IMG/VR virus record: IMGVR_UViG_3300020195_001430
Location: 1,290-65,289 of that record
Direction: 5' to 3' (one strand)
Source: a virus
Taxonomy: Duplodnaviria; Caudoviricetes
DNA length: 64,000 nt
Position numbers and translations under genes: made by a program. The notes under the pieces are model-generated. The model saw nothing but the letters and a program-made list of their open reading frames with translations. It was not told the origin of the DNA and ran no database searches. This document shows, piece after piece, positions 9,814 to 19,550 of the stretch (position 1 is its first letter; every line of letters starts with the position of its first letter).

Positions 9814-10273
9814 TGGGTACATACCATCAATGACACCAGAAATTCAAGCCACAATAGACTCCATGAAAGCCATGGCTGACCAATTGCTGCCTCACACATT
9901 CCCAAATGTATCTTTTGAGGAAGAGCAACAAGTTCTTTGTTTGAAGCAAAGAACGATCCAAGTCGATGGCTACGATCTCATCGTGTGTTTTAGTAGAGCA
10001 GATTACAAGAAACATGTTTTAGAAACTCTGCAAGTACAATCTCCTCAAGTTCCATTTCTTCCATTCAACATTGTCTGTAAGACTGGTCAATTATTCATGG
10101 GACAGAAAGATTTGGCCTACATTGATTTTTTCAGAAATAATAGGAAGGTGTACTGCTGGGCTAACAAGTCTTTAGGAGATAGACGTTTGCCTCCGAGTAA
10201 TAAGTCACGCCCGACGAGCTACGAAGGATTTGATTTCCATCTATTGCATCCCGGATCAGTAGATTTATTCTGA
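9770..10273 (+). CDS. hypothetical protein
   Basis: ORF continues the operon; the true start may be 9830. Confidence 0.6.
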   Translation: MIMKMLCMERSGLSDGYIPSMTPEIQATIDSMKAMADQLLPHTFPNVSFEEEQQVLCLKQRTIQVDGYDLIVCFSRADYKKHVLETLQVQSPQVPFLPFNIVCKTGQLFMGQKDLAYIDFFRNNRKVYCWANKSLGDRRLPPSNKSRPTSYEGFDFHLLHPGSVDLF

Positions 10274-10333
10274 TTTGATGTTACTTCTGGATAAATACAG
10301 TCAGCACGTCGTTTTTATCGAGAGGTAAGCCAC

Positions 10334-10645
10334 ATGAAAAACGCTAAAGCACTCAAACTTCAGTACCTCATTATCACTCAGCTATTGGAGCAAGGCAATG
10401 TCTCACTCATGCTGCCAGATGGAGTCACACTCGAAATTGGAATCACACAAGAAGACCAATACGGTGACTTAAAGAAAGTTGATGACTATTGCTACGTTGT
10501 TGCATCATCCAAGGATGGTCGGTCAGCAATGTTAGATTCCTTTAACTTGGGATTGCAGTTCCAAGATGACGACGATACAATCATTTGTGAAGACCGTGTG
10601 CTAGACGATAACGGAACTCTTGTCCGCACGCTTGATGTTGTTTAA
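10334..10645 (+). CDS. hypothetical protein
   Basis: RBS GAGG; ATAAATA motif at 10291. Confidence 0.7.
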   Translation: MKNAKALKLQYLIITQLLEQGNVSLMLPDGVTLEIGITQEDQYGDLKKVDDYCYVVASSKDGRSAMLDSFNLGLQFQDDDDTIICEDRVLDDNGTLVRTLDVV

Positions 10646-10980
10646 GTAGTTTCGACCACAAAGTGAGTACCATGTGATTCTTTAAGCTTGACCTCTCCGG
10701 CCAAGCTCAGGGACATTACATGTGTTCCAATGATGACACCATCATCTTTTGGAATGCTGAACTCTACCCAAATTTCAAATTCCGAGGGGATTTCTGTGAC
10801 TAAAAATTTTGTTACAGATGCTCGAACTTGCACTTTGTGGATTTCCCTTTTCGGCAGAGTAGGGTACTCTGTATCACGGGCGTACTCCAAGCTTATCCGC
10901 ATCATTTGTTGCGGACTTAGGAATTCAGCCCATTTCGACTGGAGCAGTTGCTCCAGTCTTTCTGTAATCAAGACTTTCAT
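10642..10980 (-). CDS. hypothetical protein
   Basis: 112-aa ORF convergent with 10334..10645. Confidence 0.6.
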   Translation of the reverse strand: MKVLITERLEQLLQSKWAEFLSPQQMMRISLEYARDTEYPTLPKREIHKVQVRASVTKFLVTEIPSEFEIWVEFSIPKDDGVIIGTHVMSLSLAGEVKLKESHGTHFVVETT

Positions 10981-10992
10981 GTGAGGTATACC

Positions 10993-11253
10993 ATGAACAG
11001 GAATACGTTAGTAGAGTTCGCTGGCTCAATTTCTGAAGACGATCTACGTTTTCTGAGTTCGAGACTGACAGAACGTCTCCAAGGCGATGTTGCAGAAGCA
11101 TTGGAATTCATGAGCCATTTCAAGGCAGTGGACTCTATGTTTTCTGCCGCCAAGTCCACAGCAGAAGTGTATGACATCTGCGATTCCGTTACTGAGGTCT
11201 TGCAAAAAGAATGCAAGAAACGTGGAATCCAATCACAAGGTGAACGAAAGTAA
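10993..11253 (+). CDS. hypothetical protein
   Basis: RBS GAGG; followed by a hairpin. Confidence 0.65.
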   Translation: MNRNTLVEFAGSISEDDLRFLSSRLTERLQGDVAEALEFMSHFKAVDSMFSAAKSTAEVYDICDSVTEVLQKECKKRGIQSQGERK

Positions 11254-11260
11254 CCACCAA

Positions 11261-11291
11261 GAACAGGCGGGGAAACCCGCCTTGTTCGTTT
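11261..11291 (+). terminator. putative intrinsic terminator
   Basis: AGGCGGG-GAAA-CCCGCCT hairpin with a T-rich tail. Confidence 0.65.
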
Positions 11292-11303
11292 CTAAGGAGA
11301 GAA

Positions 11304-11903
11304 ATGATGGTATCAGGACCAATGCCAGTTGTAGATCATCCAAAGTGGAAGGTTGTCAGTATCGACATTGAGACTCTTGGTCTCGATGAGCAATACTGTG
11401 ATATGATCGAATTCGGAGCCGTGTTAGATGACATGGAAACTCCACTAGATCAATTGCCCAGATTCCAAACATACCTGACCAAAGAAGACAACAGGTATCG
11501 TGGGGAGATCTATGCGATGATGATGAACGCCAAGATCATCGAACGAATTGCTTTGAGAACTGCCGGTTTCAATTACATGCCAGCCGATTGTCTTGACGAA
11601 TCATTCTCTGATTGGTTGAAGTCGTATGGCATCGACAAAGCTGTAATCGTTGGAAAGAATTTCGCAAGTTTCGACATGAAATTCTTACAGAAGGTCAATT
11701 TCGGTAAGACCACAAAGTTCCATCGCCGTATTGTCGATGTCGGCAGTATGTTCTATAATCCTCTCACGGATGCTGTGCCACCAGACCTAAAAGAATGTCT
11801 GAAACGTGCTGGAATCATCAAAGAGATTGCACACGGTGCAATTGAAGATGCTGTGGATGTTTTGCGGTGTGTTCGGAAATTTCATGACGTAGAAGTAGAC
11901 TGA
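11304..11903 (+). CDS. DEDDh 3'-5' exonuclease (DnaQ/oligoribonuclease-like)
   Basis: SIDIETLG, GKNFASFD and HGAIEDA (ExoI, II and III). Confidence 0.9.
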   Translation: MMVSGPMPVVDHPKWKVVSIDIETLGLDEQYCDMIEFGAVLDDMETPLDQLPRFQTYLTKEDNRYRGEIYAMMMNAKIIERIALRTAGFNYMPADCLDESFSDWLKSYGIDKAVIVGKNFASFDMKFLQKVNFGKTTKFHRRIVDVGSMFYNPLTDAVPPDLKECLKRAGIIKEIAHGAIEDAVDVLRCVRKFHDVEVD

Positions 11904-11906
11904 AAG

Positions 11907-12464
11907 ATGGAACTCTCAATAGCCAATCTGCCTGACAGAAACGCAATCCCGGTGTATCTCAAACAAAAAGGATACACCGGGATCGGCATTGAGGTTGGCG
12001 TTGCAACGGGTGTTTACTCAGAAATTCTTTTAGAACACAGCGATTTATCACGTCTGTTCTCTGTTGATCCTTGGACTAGAAGCGAAGCTGATGAGAACTG
12101 GCTGAGCGAGCCATCACTTTATCTTGAATCGGTAAAGCGGCTTACAAAATTTGGATTGAGATCTGTTGTTCTCAGAATGATGTCTGTTGATGCGGCAGAA
12201 CTGTTTTCAGACAACAGTCTTGATTTTGTGTATATTGATGGATGGCATTGGCATGTCGGGATTGACTCAGATATCAGTGTATGGTATCCAAAAGTCAAGT
12301 CAGGTGGAATATTAGCAGGACATGATTACTGTTGGTTTCACCAAGATGTCATCATCGCTGTGGATCGTTTGTGTTCTGAAAAGTCTCTTGCGTTGAACAA
12401 AACAGAATGTGACTTTGTTCATGAAGGACATGTGATAAAGTCGTGGTTGGTGGAAAAACCATAG
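11907..12464 (+). CDS. class I SAM-dependent methyltransferase (Methyltransf_24-like)
   Basis: GIEVGVATG, DFVYIDGWH, WYPKVKSGGILAGHDY. Confidence 0.9.
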   Translation: MELSIANLPDRNAIPVYLKQKGYTGIGIEVGVATGVYSEILLEHSDLSRLFSVDPWTRSEADENWLSEPSLYLESVKRLTKFGLRSVVLRMMSVDAAELFSDNSLDFVYIDGWHWHVGIDSDISVWYPKVKSGGILAGHDYCWFHQDVIIAVDRLCSEKSLALNKTECDFVHEGHVIKSWLVEKP

Positions 12465-12474
12465 GAGAGGTCAA

Positions 12475-14526
12475 ATGCCTGAAGTGATCAGAATTAGCGA
12501 TAGCCCAACATTGATCCCCACAAAGGACTATCCACATGGCTCTTGGGATTTTGATGAATTCAATCCTGTTCAAAGTCGGTTGATGGAAACGTATGCAGGA
12601 GAAAGCAACGTCGCTATTGCTGCCGCCACATCAGCCGGGAAGACAGTGTGTGCCGAGATGTACCTCGCTTATGAGATTCGTAAGCGAGGCGGCAAAGGTA
12701 TCTACGTTGGGCCGCTGAAGGCTCTGGCCAGTGAGAAGGAACAAGACTGGACTGATGACAAACATCACTTCCATGACATCAACACAGCCATTGTTACAGG
12801 CGACTTCAGATTCACCGGGAGCCGTATTTCCGAGTTGGACAAGGCAGACCTGATTGTCATGACTCCAGAAATGTTGGCCAGCCGCTGCCGGAACAACAAG
12901 TCAGACAAGAGCAAGTTCCTAGCAGATGTCGGAACAATTGTGTTTGACGAGAGTCATCTATTGACTGTGCCAAGTCGAGGAGATCATATCGAAGTGGCAT
13001 TGATGAAGATGATGTCGATCAATCCAGAGGTCAGGATTGTACTGCTGTCTGCCACAATGCCGAACGTCGATGAAATCTGTGGCTGGACCACGAAACTCAC
13101 AGGAAGAGACACATACTTCTTGGAGTCTGATTATCGTCCATGTCCGCTGAGCATTCACTACGAATCGTACTACGACGGCGACAAGTCATACGACGATAAA
13201 GAGAATCAGAAGGTTGGTACGGCATGTTCCATCGTCAGCTACTACCCCAACGACAAGTTCTTGATCTTTGTTCACACAAAGCGTACAGGCAAGTTGATGG
13301 TGGAAGAGCTTGACAGACAGGGAGTTCTCGCTGAGTTTCACAATGCTGATCTCGGACTGAAGAAGCGACGTGAACTGGAAGATCGTTTTAAGAACGATCC
13401 GAGCTTCCGTTGTGTTGTGGCTACATCTACTCTGGCGTGGGGGCTGAATCTTCCTGCCAGACGAGTCATCATCACTGGTGTTCATCGTGGCTTGACTCTG
13501 GTTGAGAACTATGACATCTGGCAAGAGGTCGGTCGTGCTGGTCGCCCTAGATACGATCCTCGTGGTGATGCGTACATTCTGGTGCCAGAGAGCACAAAGG
13601 ATGAACATGTCGCCAGACTCAAGAAGAAGTCTCCGATTCGATCAACAATGCTTGAGTTCGTTGGCACGCCGACGAATCCTCACTACAAGACGCTGGCCTT
13701 CCATGTTGTGAGCGAGATTCACCACGGCAGCATCAAGACGAAGGAAGGATTCCATGAGTGGTTCCGCAAGAGTTTGGCCCATCATCAAGATCAAGACTTC
13801 AATGATGATGTGGTTGATCGAACAATCCAAATGTTGGAACAGTGCAGGGCCATCGTCATTGAAGAAGATGAGTACAAATGCACGGCCATTGGCAAGGTGG
13901 CCTCGATGTTCTACTATAGCCCGTTTGATGTTTCTGATCTCAGGCGAAACTTCAAACAAGTGTTCGACCAGAAACTTGAGGACAATGATTACGCTCTGGC
14001 TATGGCGATGGGCAATGTTGATACAAACAAATGGGCCATCGCCAATCGCTATGAGAAAGAGCAGATGGCGACGTTCCAAGGTAAAGTGGAACGCATGTTT
14101 GGTGAGGCCACATTCCTGCCCGGAGCCATCAAGTATGGCTTTGCTTACTACAATATGTTGAAGGGCAAGAAGGTCGAAGTTTTTGCAGCACTCCAAGGAG
14201 CGTTGCTTGTCGATCTGGAACGAACCATGCAGGTCGTCAACGCCATCGACTCGATGAGTTGTAAGTGGGAGAAGCAGGCTTGGTTTAAGACATTCAAGAT
14301 GCGTCTCCAGTATGGAGTAGAAGCCGACTTGGTAGATCTGGTCCGTATTCCAAATGTTGGACATGTCAGAGCCAACAGATTGAAGGACAAGAAAATTAAG
14401 ACAATGGGCGACTTCTTGAACTACAATGCGAGCCAACTTGCTGGGATCATGAAGTGTAGCAACAAGCTGGCAGAAGAGGCTCTGGAAGGAGCTAGAATGA
14501 TTGAGTTGCAAGACTCGATCACATAG
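12475..14526 (+). CDS. Ski2/Hel308-like SF2 DExH helicase
   Basis: FNPVQ Q-motif, ATSAGKT, PLKALA, DESH, LSAT, TSTLAWGLNLPA, QEVGRAGR and a C-terminal HhH (IPNVGHVRA). Confidence 0.9.
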   Translation: MPEVIRISDSPTLIPTKDYPHGSWDFDEFNPVQSRLMETYAGESNVAIAAATSAGKTVCAEMYLAYEIRKRGGKGIYVGPLKALASEKEQDWTDDKHHFHDINTAIVTGDFRFTGSRISELDKADLIVMTPEMLASRCRNNKSDKSKFLADVGTIVFDESHLLTVPSRGDHIEVALMKMMSINPEVRIVLLSATMPNVDEICGWTTKLTGRDTYFLESDYRPCPLSIHYESYYDGDKSYDDKENQKVGTACSIVSYYPNDKFLIFVHTKRTGKLMVEELDRQGVLAEFHNADLGLKKRRELEDRFKNDPSFRCVVATSTLAWGLNLPARRVIITGVHRGLTLVENYDIWQEVGRAGRPRYDPRGDAYILVPESTKDEHVARLKKKSPIRSTMLEFVGTPTNPHYKTLAFHVVSEIHHGSIKTKEGFHEWFRKSLAHHQDQDFNDDVVDRTIQMLEQCRAIVIEEDEYKCTAIGKVASMFYYSPFDVSDLRRNFKQVFDQKLEDNDYALAMAMGNVDTNKWAIANRYEKEQMATFQGKVERMFGEATFLPGAIKYGFAYYNMLKGKKVEVFAALQGALLVDLERTMQVVNAIDSMSCKWEKQAWFKTFKMRLQYGVEADLVDLVRIPNVGHVRANRLKDKKIKTMGDFLNYNASQLAGIMKCSNKLAEEALEGARMIELQDSIT

Positions 14527-14533
14527 GAGGAAA

Positions 14534-15484
14534 ATGCTCAAAACAGTAGAGAAACCAATGGTCATATATCATTGGTGGTGTGACAACCCGCAGATCAAAC
14601 CATATCAAGACATGTCAAGTCCGGTTGTCCCGTCCATAGCTGTCTTGAGATCTCATAACAGAAGCATCCCCATTACTGTGCTGGACATTAGTTGCAAGCC
14701 ACAGGATTGGGGATGCTTTCCTGAGTTGCTGAATTTTACAGTCGTCAGGTGGACTCCTAGACTTGATCTAAGTCTGCACAAATCGAGCAAACTGTGCTCT
14801 CGTGTTTGGGATGTGTTGGAATACGCCAAACAGATTAGCAACACGAACATACTGTTTACAGATGCAGACATCTTCTGGCTAAAAAACCCTCTGCCTTTGG
14901 TGCATCAAGAGCCAGACGGTAAACTTCTGAAATTCTATTGTTCTTCAAACACAGGGGTATGGTACTTCGACAAAACCTCGGAAATCGTGGATGAAGTTTT
15001 TCGTAAGTGGAAGTTCATTATCTCACGAGTTTTGATCAATGATTCTGAGTTTTTCAATGAACTCAGTGCAATAGTGCCCACGGCATTAGAACGATCATTT
15101 CAGGACGAGGTGGCTTTTGGTTATTTGATCTGTCGGTATCCAGAATTGTATAACCCTGTTGTTTCTGAAGAAAATTACATGATCTACAGGCTTATGAATG
15201 ATGGTCCTTTAGACAATGTGAAATGTTTGCACGCATTAGGTGCTGTCCTTGGTTCAACCCGTGGTCTTATTTGTTTGGTACTGAAAGAACTCAAAGAATC
15301 AATCCAAAGTGTATTGAATGATGATCAAATCAGAGATGTGTTTTCTGGAGTCACCAGTAATCATCTTTATGGGATTGATGAAATAAAATCAATTAGCGAT
15401 TATGAGTTGAAGAAATTGTTAGAATTCACCGGATCATTGAGAGCCGATGAATTGATCAATGAATTGAGGATTCAACGTGTTTGA
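14534..15484 (+). CDS. GT-A fold nucleotide-sugar transferase-like protein
   Basis: DxD motif ILFTDADIFW, plus NTGVWYF and FQDE. Confidence 0.7.
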   Translation: MLKTVEKPMVIYHWWCDNPQIKPYQDMSSPVVPSIAVLRSHNRSIPITVLDISCKPQDWGCFPELLNFTVVRWTPRLDLSLHKSSKLCSRVWDVLEYAKQISNTNILFTDADIFWLKNPLPLVHQEPDGKLLKFYCSSNTGVWYFDKTSEIVDEVFRKWKFIISRVLINDSEFFNELSAIVPTALERSFQDEVAFGYLICRYPELYNPVVSEENYMIYRLMNDGPLDNVKCLHALGAVLGSTRGLICLVLKELKESIQSVLNDDQIRDVFSGVTSNHLYGIDEIKSISDYELKKLLEFTGSLRADELINELRIQRV

Positions 15485-15713
15485 AGTCTGGGTCGATGGC
15501 ACTCGTTGGCTCAGCCTGCCAAGCGTGGATGCCTGTAAGCGGATGATGACGACATACGATCCTGACGGGACCGTACCCATGTTGATTCGTGAGACAGAAT
15601 CACAAAGGTTCTTGTCTTACGAAGAAGTGTGGGGCGGTCCCGCTCCAATAATTCAATTTTCGACGAAGATCGAATCCAAAGAAAAGATTGATTGGGCCTT
15701 AGATGGTTTCTAA
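15477..15713 (+). CDS. hypothetical protein
   Basis: RBS GAGGA and GTG start. Confidence 0.55.
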   Translation: MFEVWVDGTRWLSLPSVDACKRMMTTYDPDGTVPMLIRETESQRFLSYEEVWGGPAPIIQFSTKIESKEKIDWALDGF

Positions 15714-16070
15714 GTCCTCTTCAATCTCTTTTTCTTTACCGAAGAATCCCTTGGGGTATTCGATCTTAACGACGGTGTTCTCTGGTTTCTTCCAGAATTG
15801 CCACCATCTGCGTTTACCGACTTTTCTCCCCTTCTCATCCTCCAGCCAGAATTTTACTTCTTGGATATCTCCAGCGAAGTCTTCTGTAGCTTTGGTTGTT
15901 GGGTCGAAGTAACCCGTTTCGTAGAAACACTTATCTTCTGGGTCCATAGGAATCTTGTACCGATTCCCTTCTACAAGAACTACAACAGAACATTCCTTGC
16001 GGTTTCCGTCATAAAGTTTGCAGTTGTTACAGATCCGCTGAATCTCTTTCTTAACCATTGACCTTGACAC
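15699..16070 (-). CDS. hypothetical Cys-containing protein
   Basis: CNNC...C...C pattern; 123 aa. Confidence 0.6.
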   Translation of the reverse strand: MSRSMVKKEIQRICNNCKLYDGNRKECSVVVLVEGNRYKIPMDPEDKCFYETGYFDPTTKATEDFAGDIQEVKFWLEDEKGRKVGKRRWWQFWKKPENTVVKIEYPKGFFGKEKEIEEDLETI

Positions 16071-16157
16071 CTTTCATTAAAAATGGTGAAATGTGTGGCA
16101 CGCACACACTCTAATATACCGTTACCTTGACTTTATTAACACAACAGGCAGCGAAAA

Positions 16158-16580
16158 ATGGACATCACACAACCTCCATCAGAAGCGACGATCAGCAAAG
16201 CTGAGAAGTCCATTCGTGCCTATGTGGACAAGTACAGGGCGAAGACGGGCACAACGGGTCATCCAGACCCCATTGCAGGAGAATCTGTAATCAATGGACT
16301 GGTAAAAAACATGGAAGAGGTTGGGAGACCGCTTTGTCCATGCAATTTCTATCCAGACAAGAAGAAAGAGCTTGCAGAAAATGGGAGACGATGGGTTTGT
16401 GCCTGTGATGAAATGAAGCAATACAAATATTGTCATTGCTTGTTGTTTGTGAGGGCAGACGGTATGCCAATCACAGAGTATCTTCCAGAAGATCACGAAG
16501 GCAGAACAATTTATGGGGTTCAGTTGGACCCCACACCGGATAAAGGCCGGGAAGGAAAACCAAAAAATGATGGAACTTAA
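16158..16580 (+). CDS. ftrC: ferredoxin:thioredoxin reductase catalytic subunit
   Basis: CPC...CAC...CHC cysteine signature (GRPLCPCN, WVCACDE, YCHCLLF). Confidence 0.9.
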   Translation: MDITQPPSEATISKAEKSIRAYVDKYRAKTGTTGHPDPIAGESVINGLVKNMEEVGRPLCPCNFYPDKKKELAENGRRWVCACDEMKQYKYCHCLLFVRADGMPITEYLPEDHEGRTIYGVQLDPTPDKGREGKPKNDGT

Positions 16581-16863
16581 TGAATCGAATTTTACAGCAG
16601 AGACCAGCACAGGCGTTGTAGTCGTTGACTTCCACGCTCCTTGGTGTGGTCCCTGTCGGATGCTTGCTCCAGTCTTGGAACAAGTCACAGGAGCCAAGGT
16701 AGTTAAAGTCAATACCGATGAAAATCAAGCGTTGGCAGTGCAACACAACATCTCCTCAATTCCGAAGTTGTTGTTTATGAAAGATGGTCAGATCGTTGAT
16801 CAATTGACCGGGCTTGTCAGTAAGCAAGCTATCCAAAGCAAGATTGATGCTCTGAACAACTAA
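16567..16863 (+). CDS. trxA: thioredoxin
   Basis: VVDFHAPWCGPCRM with the cis-Pro motif SIP. Confidence 0.95.
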   Translation: MMELNESNFTAETSTGVVVVDFHAPWCGPCRMLAPVLEQVTGAKVVKVNTDENQALAVQHNISSIPKLLFMKDGQIVDQLTGLVSKQAIQSKIDALNN

Positions 16864-16883
16864 CCCAAGGAAGGGGATTTGAC

Positions 16884-17585
16884 ATGTCATTTGTAATTGG
16901 AGTTGCCTCACAGGCACAACATGGCAAAGATACTTTGGCGGACGAGCTTTGTGAAAAGCTCAATGCTAAAGGCGGAGCTAATTGGCAAAGAAGGGCGTTT
17001 GCCGCCAACGTCAAGCGAGTGTTTTGTGAGACGTTTGGAGTTGATTCGGCATTCGTCGAAGAGTGGAAAGTCAAATCCGAGATACCACCCGGATTCGACA
17101 TGCCTGTGCGGCAGTCACTTCAATTCATCGGCGATGGATTCCGTAAGATCATGGGCAGCATCTGGCTGGACTTAGCGTTCAGAGATGAACTGCCAAAGAT
17201 CATTTCAGATGTTCGATATGTCAATGAGTTCACCCGTGTCAAAACCGAGGGCGGATTAAACATTCTGATTGGAAGACCAGACAGACTCAATGATGATCCA
17301 AATGGATCAGAGGCTCAGATTCGACCGTATATCGACTGGTGCTTCAAAGCGTTCTCTCCCACTACAAAGTTCGTGGATCTGAGAGATGTTGATTGGCAGA
17401 ACTTCAGTAAATTCTGTGAGAATGGCAGCAACTTGCCAGTAGGTGCTCTGCCGCCAGAAGGAATGAACCTGTTTGATGTGTTCATCAGAAATGATGGCAC
17501 AATTGACGAACTTTACAACATTGTTGACACGAAGCTGGTCCCATTTGTGGAACACTTCGTGTTTGAATTCAAAGGAGCAGCTTAA
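16884..17585 (+). CDS. deoxynucleoside monophosphate kinase (T4 gp1-like)
   Basis: QHGKDT P-loop, AFA, RQSLQFIG, IISDVRYVNE, SE and IRNDGT. Confidence 0.85.
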   Translation: MSFVIGVASQAQHGKDTLADELCEKLNAKGGANWQRRAFAANVKRVFCETFGVDSAFVEEWKVKSEIPPGFDMPVRQSLQFIGDGFRKIMGSIWLDLAFRDELPKIISDVRYVNEFTRVKTEGGLNILIGRPDRLNDDPNGSEAQIRPYIDWCFKAFSPTTKFVDLRDVDWQNFSKFCENGSNLPVGALPPEGMNLFDVFIRNDGTIDELYNIVDTKLVPFVEHFVFEFKGAA

Positions 17586-18178
17586 TGCCTTATATCAAGC
17601 AAGAAGACAGACAGAAATACAGTTCGTTCATCGAATCAACATTGGGAGTTCTTAATGACCCCAATGACAATCCTTACCTGAAAGGCGAGTTCTTCGGATA
17701 CTTCGTCAATCGGTTGGTCAGGAAGTTTTTGGGCACGCCAGATTACACATCTCCGGCTTTCAACTCCTCGTTCTTCAACGAGAGTAAAAGAAAGTCGCTG
17801 GAGAACGCCGCAGACAGCATCGCTGCCGCTCTAAACAGATCAGACCCAATGTCTGCTGCTGGCGACATGAACTACACTCTCAGTGCAATTTACTGGGGCT
17901 TCCTTGGTGATTGCGAAAAGTTCTCAAGAGCCACTTATGGCACCAGAGCATACATGAATGGCGTGCTCGACAAGATCATGAGTCAGATCGAGACAGTTGC
18001 TGTTTCAGGCAACAACAAGGATGCCACCATGGCGTTCCGTCGTCAGTTGGTCATTCGTGGAGTTCTTGATCACGTCAAGAGTGAAACTTATCGCAGAAAA
18101 ACCGCAATTTACGAACAAGAAAAAATTGATGAGAACGCTGATATATACACAATGGGTGTTTTGACTCAGCAGAGGTAA
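17585..18178 (+). CDS. hypothetical protein
   Basis: Starts MPYIKQEDR; two similar internal segments (GEFFGY, GDMNY). Confidence 0.7.
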   Translation: MPYIKQEDRQKYSSFIESTLGVLNDPNDNPYLKGEFFGYFVNRLVRKFLGTPDYTSPAFNSSFFNESKRKSLENAADSIAAALNRSDPMSAAGDMNYTLSAIYWGFLGDCEKFSRATYGTRAYMNGVLDKIMSQIETVAVSGNNKDATMAFRRQLVIRGVLDHVKSETYRRKTAIYEQEKIDENADIYTMGVLTQQR

Positions 18179-18181
18179 TCA

Positions 18182-18721
18182 ATGCAGTGTAAATTTTGTA
18201 GTGAGGTTTTTCAAGGAAAACCACGTCAGAAGTATTGTTCTGCAAAATGCAGAAGGTCAGATTGGATGAAGAACAATCTGGCGAAGCACAGAGAATACAA
18301 CAAAAAGTGCAGACTTAAAAAGCCTTTAATCTGCAAAAATTGCGGCAATTCAATCCCTGTAGAATTAAGAGCTTCTGGTGTGACGTTGTGTTCTGATGAT
18401 TGTCGGTCAAGCAGAAAAAAGCAGTTAGACAAGTCAATCAGAGACAAACTTCATGAAGAATTCAGAGAGATCAAGTGCCGACATGGGTGTTGCTTGTGTG
18501 GATACAAAAAGTTCGGCGGATCTTTGGATTTTCATCATGTAGACCCAAAGAAAAAAGACAAAAGAATTGATCCAAAAAACTGGAGAGGCCAACTGGATGA
18601 AATATCAAAGTGTATACTTGTCTGCAAGAACTGTCATTACGAATTGCACGATCTGATGAGAAAAGATGTTGATGAATACATTGAGTTGATCAAAGACAAG
18701 ACTGGACATTTCAAGGAGTAA
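18182..18721 (+). CDS. HNH endonuclease with Zn-binding repeats
   Basis: CCLCG...LDFHHVDP...KCILVCKNCHYELH. Confidence 0.85.
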   Translation: MQCKFCSEVFQGKPRQKYCSAKCRRSDWMKNNLAKHREYNKKCRLKKPLICKNCGNSIPVELRASGVTLCSDDCRSSRKKQLDKSIRDKLHEEFREIKCRHGCCLCGYKKFGGSLDFHHVDPKKKDKRIDPKNWRGQLDEISKCILVCKNCHYELHDLMRKDVDEYIELIKDKTGHFKE

Positions 18722-18724
18722 CAG

Positions 18725-18904
18725 ATGGAAATTGAAAGACAACACATCATGGTCAAGAAAGGCAGCAAGATCATCTGTTTGAATGAACGTGGTGAGAACA
18801 TTGTTGCTGAACTACAACGAGATATCTGTTGTTGGCCAGAAGGTATCGACACATTCGAAGTCAAACCACTTGAAGTGATTGACAAAAACGGAGATAAGCC
18901 GTGA
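18725..18904 (+). CDS. small hypothetical protein (59 aa, not in the ORF track)
   Basis: RBS AGGAG; MEIERQHIMVKKG...; its stop overlaps the next GTG start. Confidence 0.6.
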   Translation: MEIERQHIMVKKGSKIICLNERGENIVAELQRDICCWPEGIDTFEVKPLEVIDKNGDKP

Positions 18905-19371
18905 AAGTTCTGTATTCAGACGATGAACCATTCGATGGATTGACAAAAGGCATTTTCTTGGCCGGACCAACGCCAAGAAAACCAGAAGTGCCATCTTGGC
19001 GTCCAGAGGCTGAAGAGATTCTGTTTGAAGCTGGGTTCTCCGGCACTGTTCTGGTGCCAGAGAGACAGAATGGATCGGCGAAATTGAGCTATGACGACCA
19101 AGTTGATTGGGAGCGAGCGGGGTTGTCTTTGGCTAAAGCAATTGTGTTCTGGGTTCCAAGAAACATGGAGAACATGCCAGCTTTGACTACAAATGTTGAA
19201 TTTGGTTATTGGGTGGCTAAATCGCCAGAACGTGTTGTTTATGGCAGACCACCAGATGCTCCGGGCACTCGATACTTGGATTGGTTGATCAAACAAGAAA
19301 ATAAAGATGCAGTTGTTTATGACACATTGCAATCTGTGTTAATGGCTGCTAAAGAGTTATGCAATATGTGA
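18901..19371 (+). CDS. nucleoside 2-deoxyribosyltransferase-like protein
   Basis: IFLAGPT...SWR...QVDWE...IVFWVPR...TTNVEFG. Confidence 0.85.
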   Translation: MKVLYSDDEPFDGLTKGIFLAGPTPRKPEVPSWRPEAEEILFEAGFSGTVLVPERQNGSAKLSYDDQVDWERAGLSLAKAIVFWVPRNMENMPALTTNVEFGYWVAKSPERVVYGRPPDAPGTRYLDWLIKQENKDAVVYDTLQSVLMAAKELCNM

Positions 19372-19550
19372 TCATATCGTGTCTTCTATGGGCATTTTAC
19401 AAGTTGTATCTTGGAATCAATTCTATAAGATCTAACTGGAATGTTCCAGAAACAGGCTTTGTTGTTGGTATCGGATATGCACTGAATTGTTTGCTACATG
19501 TCGTAGTTGTGTTGTTTGCTGCTTTTTTGGTTTGGAGAGGGTTTCGATGA
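19359..19550 (+). CDS. small membrane protein
   Basis: Two hydrophobic segments; overlaps both neighbours. Confidence 0.5.
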   Translation: MQYVIISCLLWAFYKLYLGINSIRSNWNVPETGFVVGIGYALNCLLHVVVVLFAAFLVWRGFR

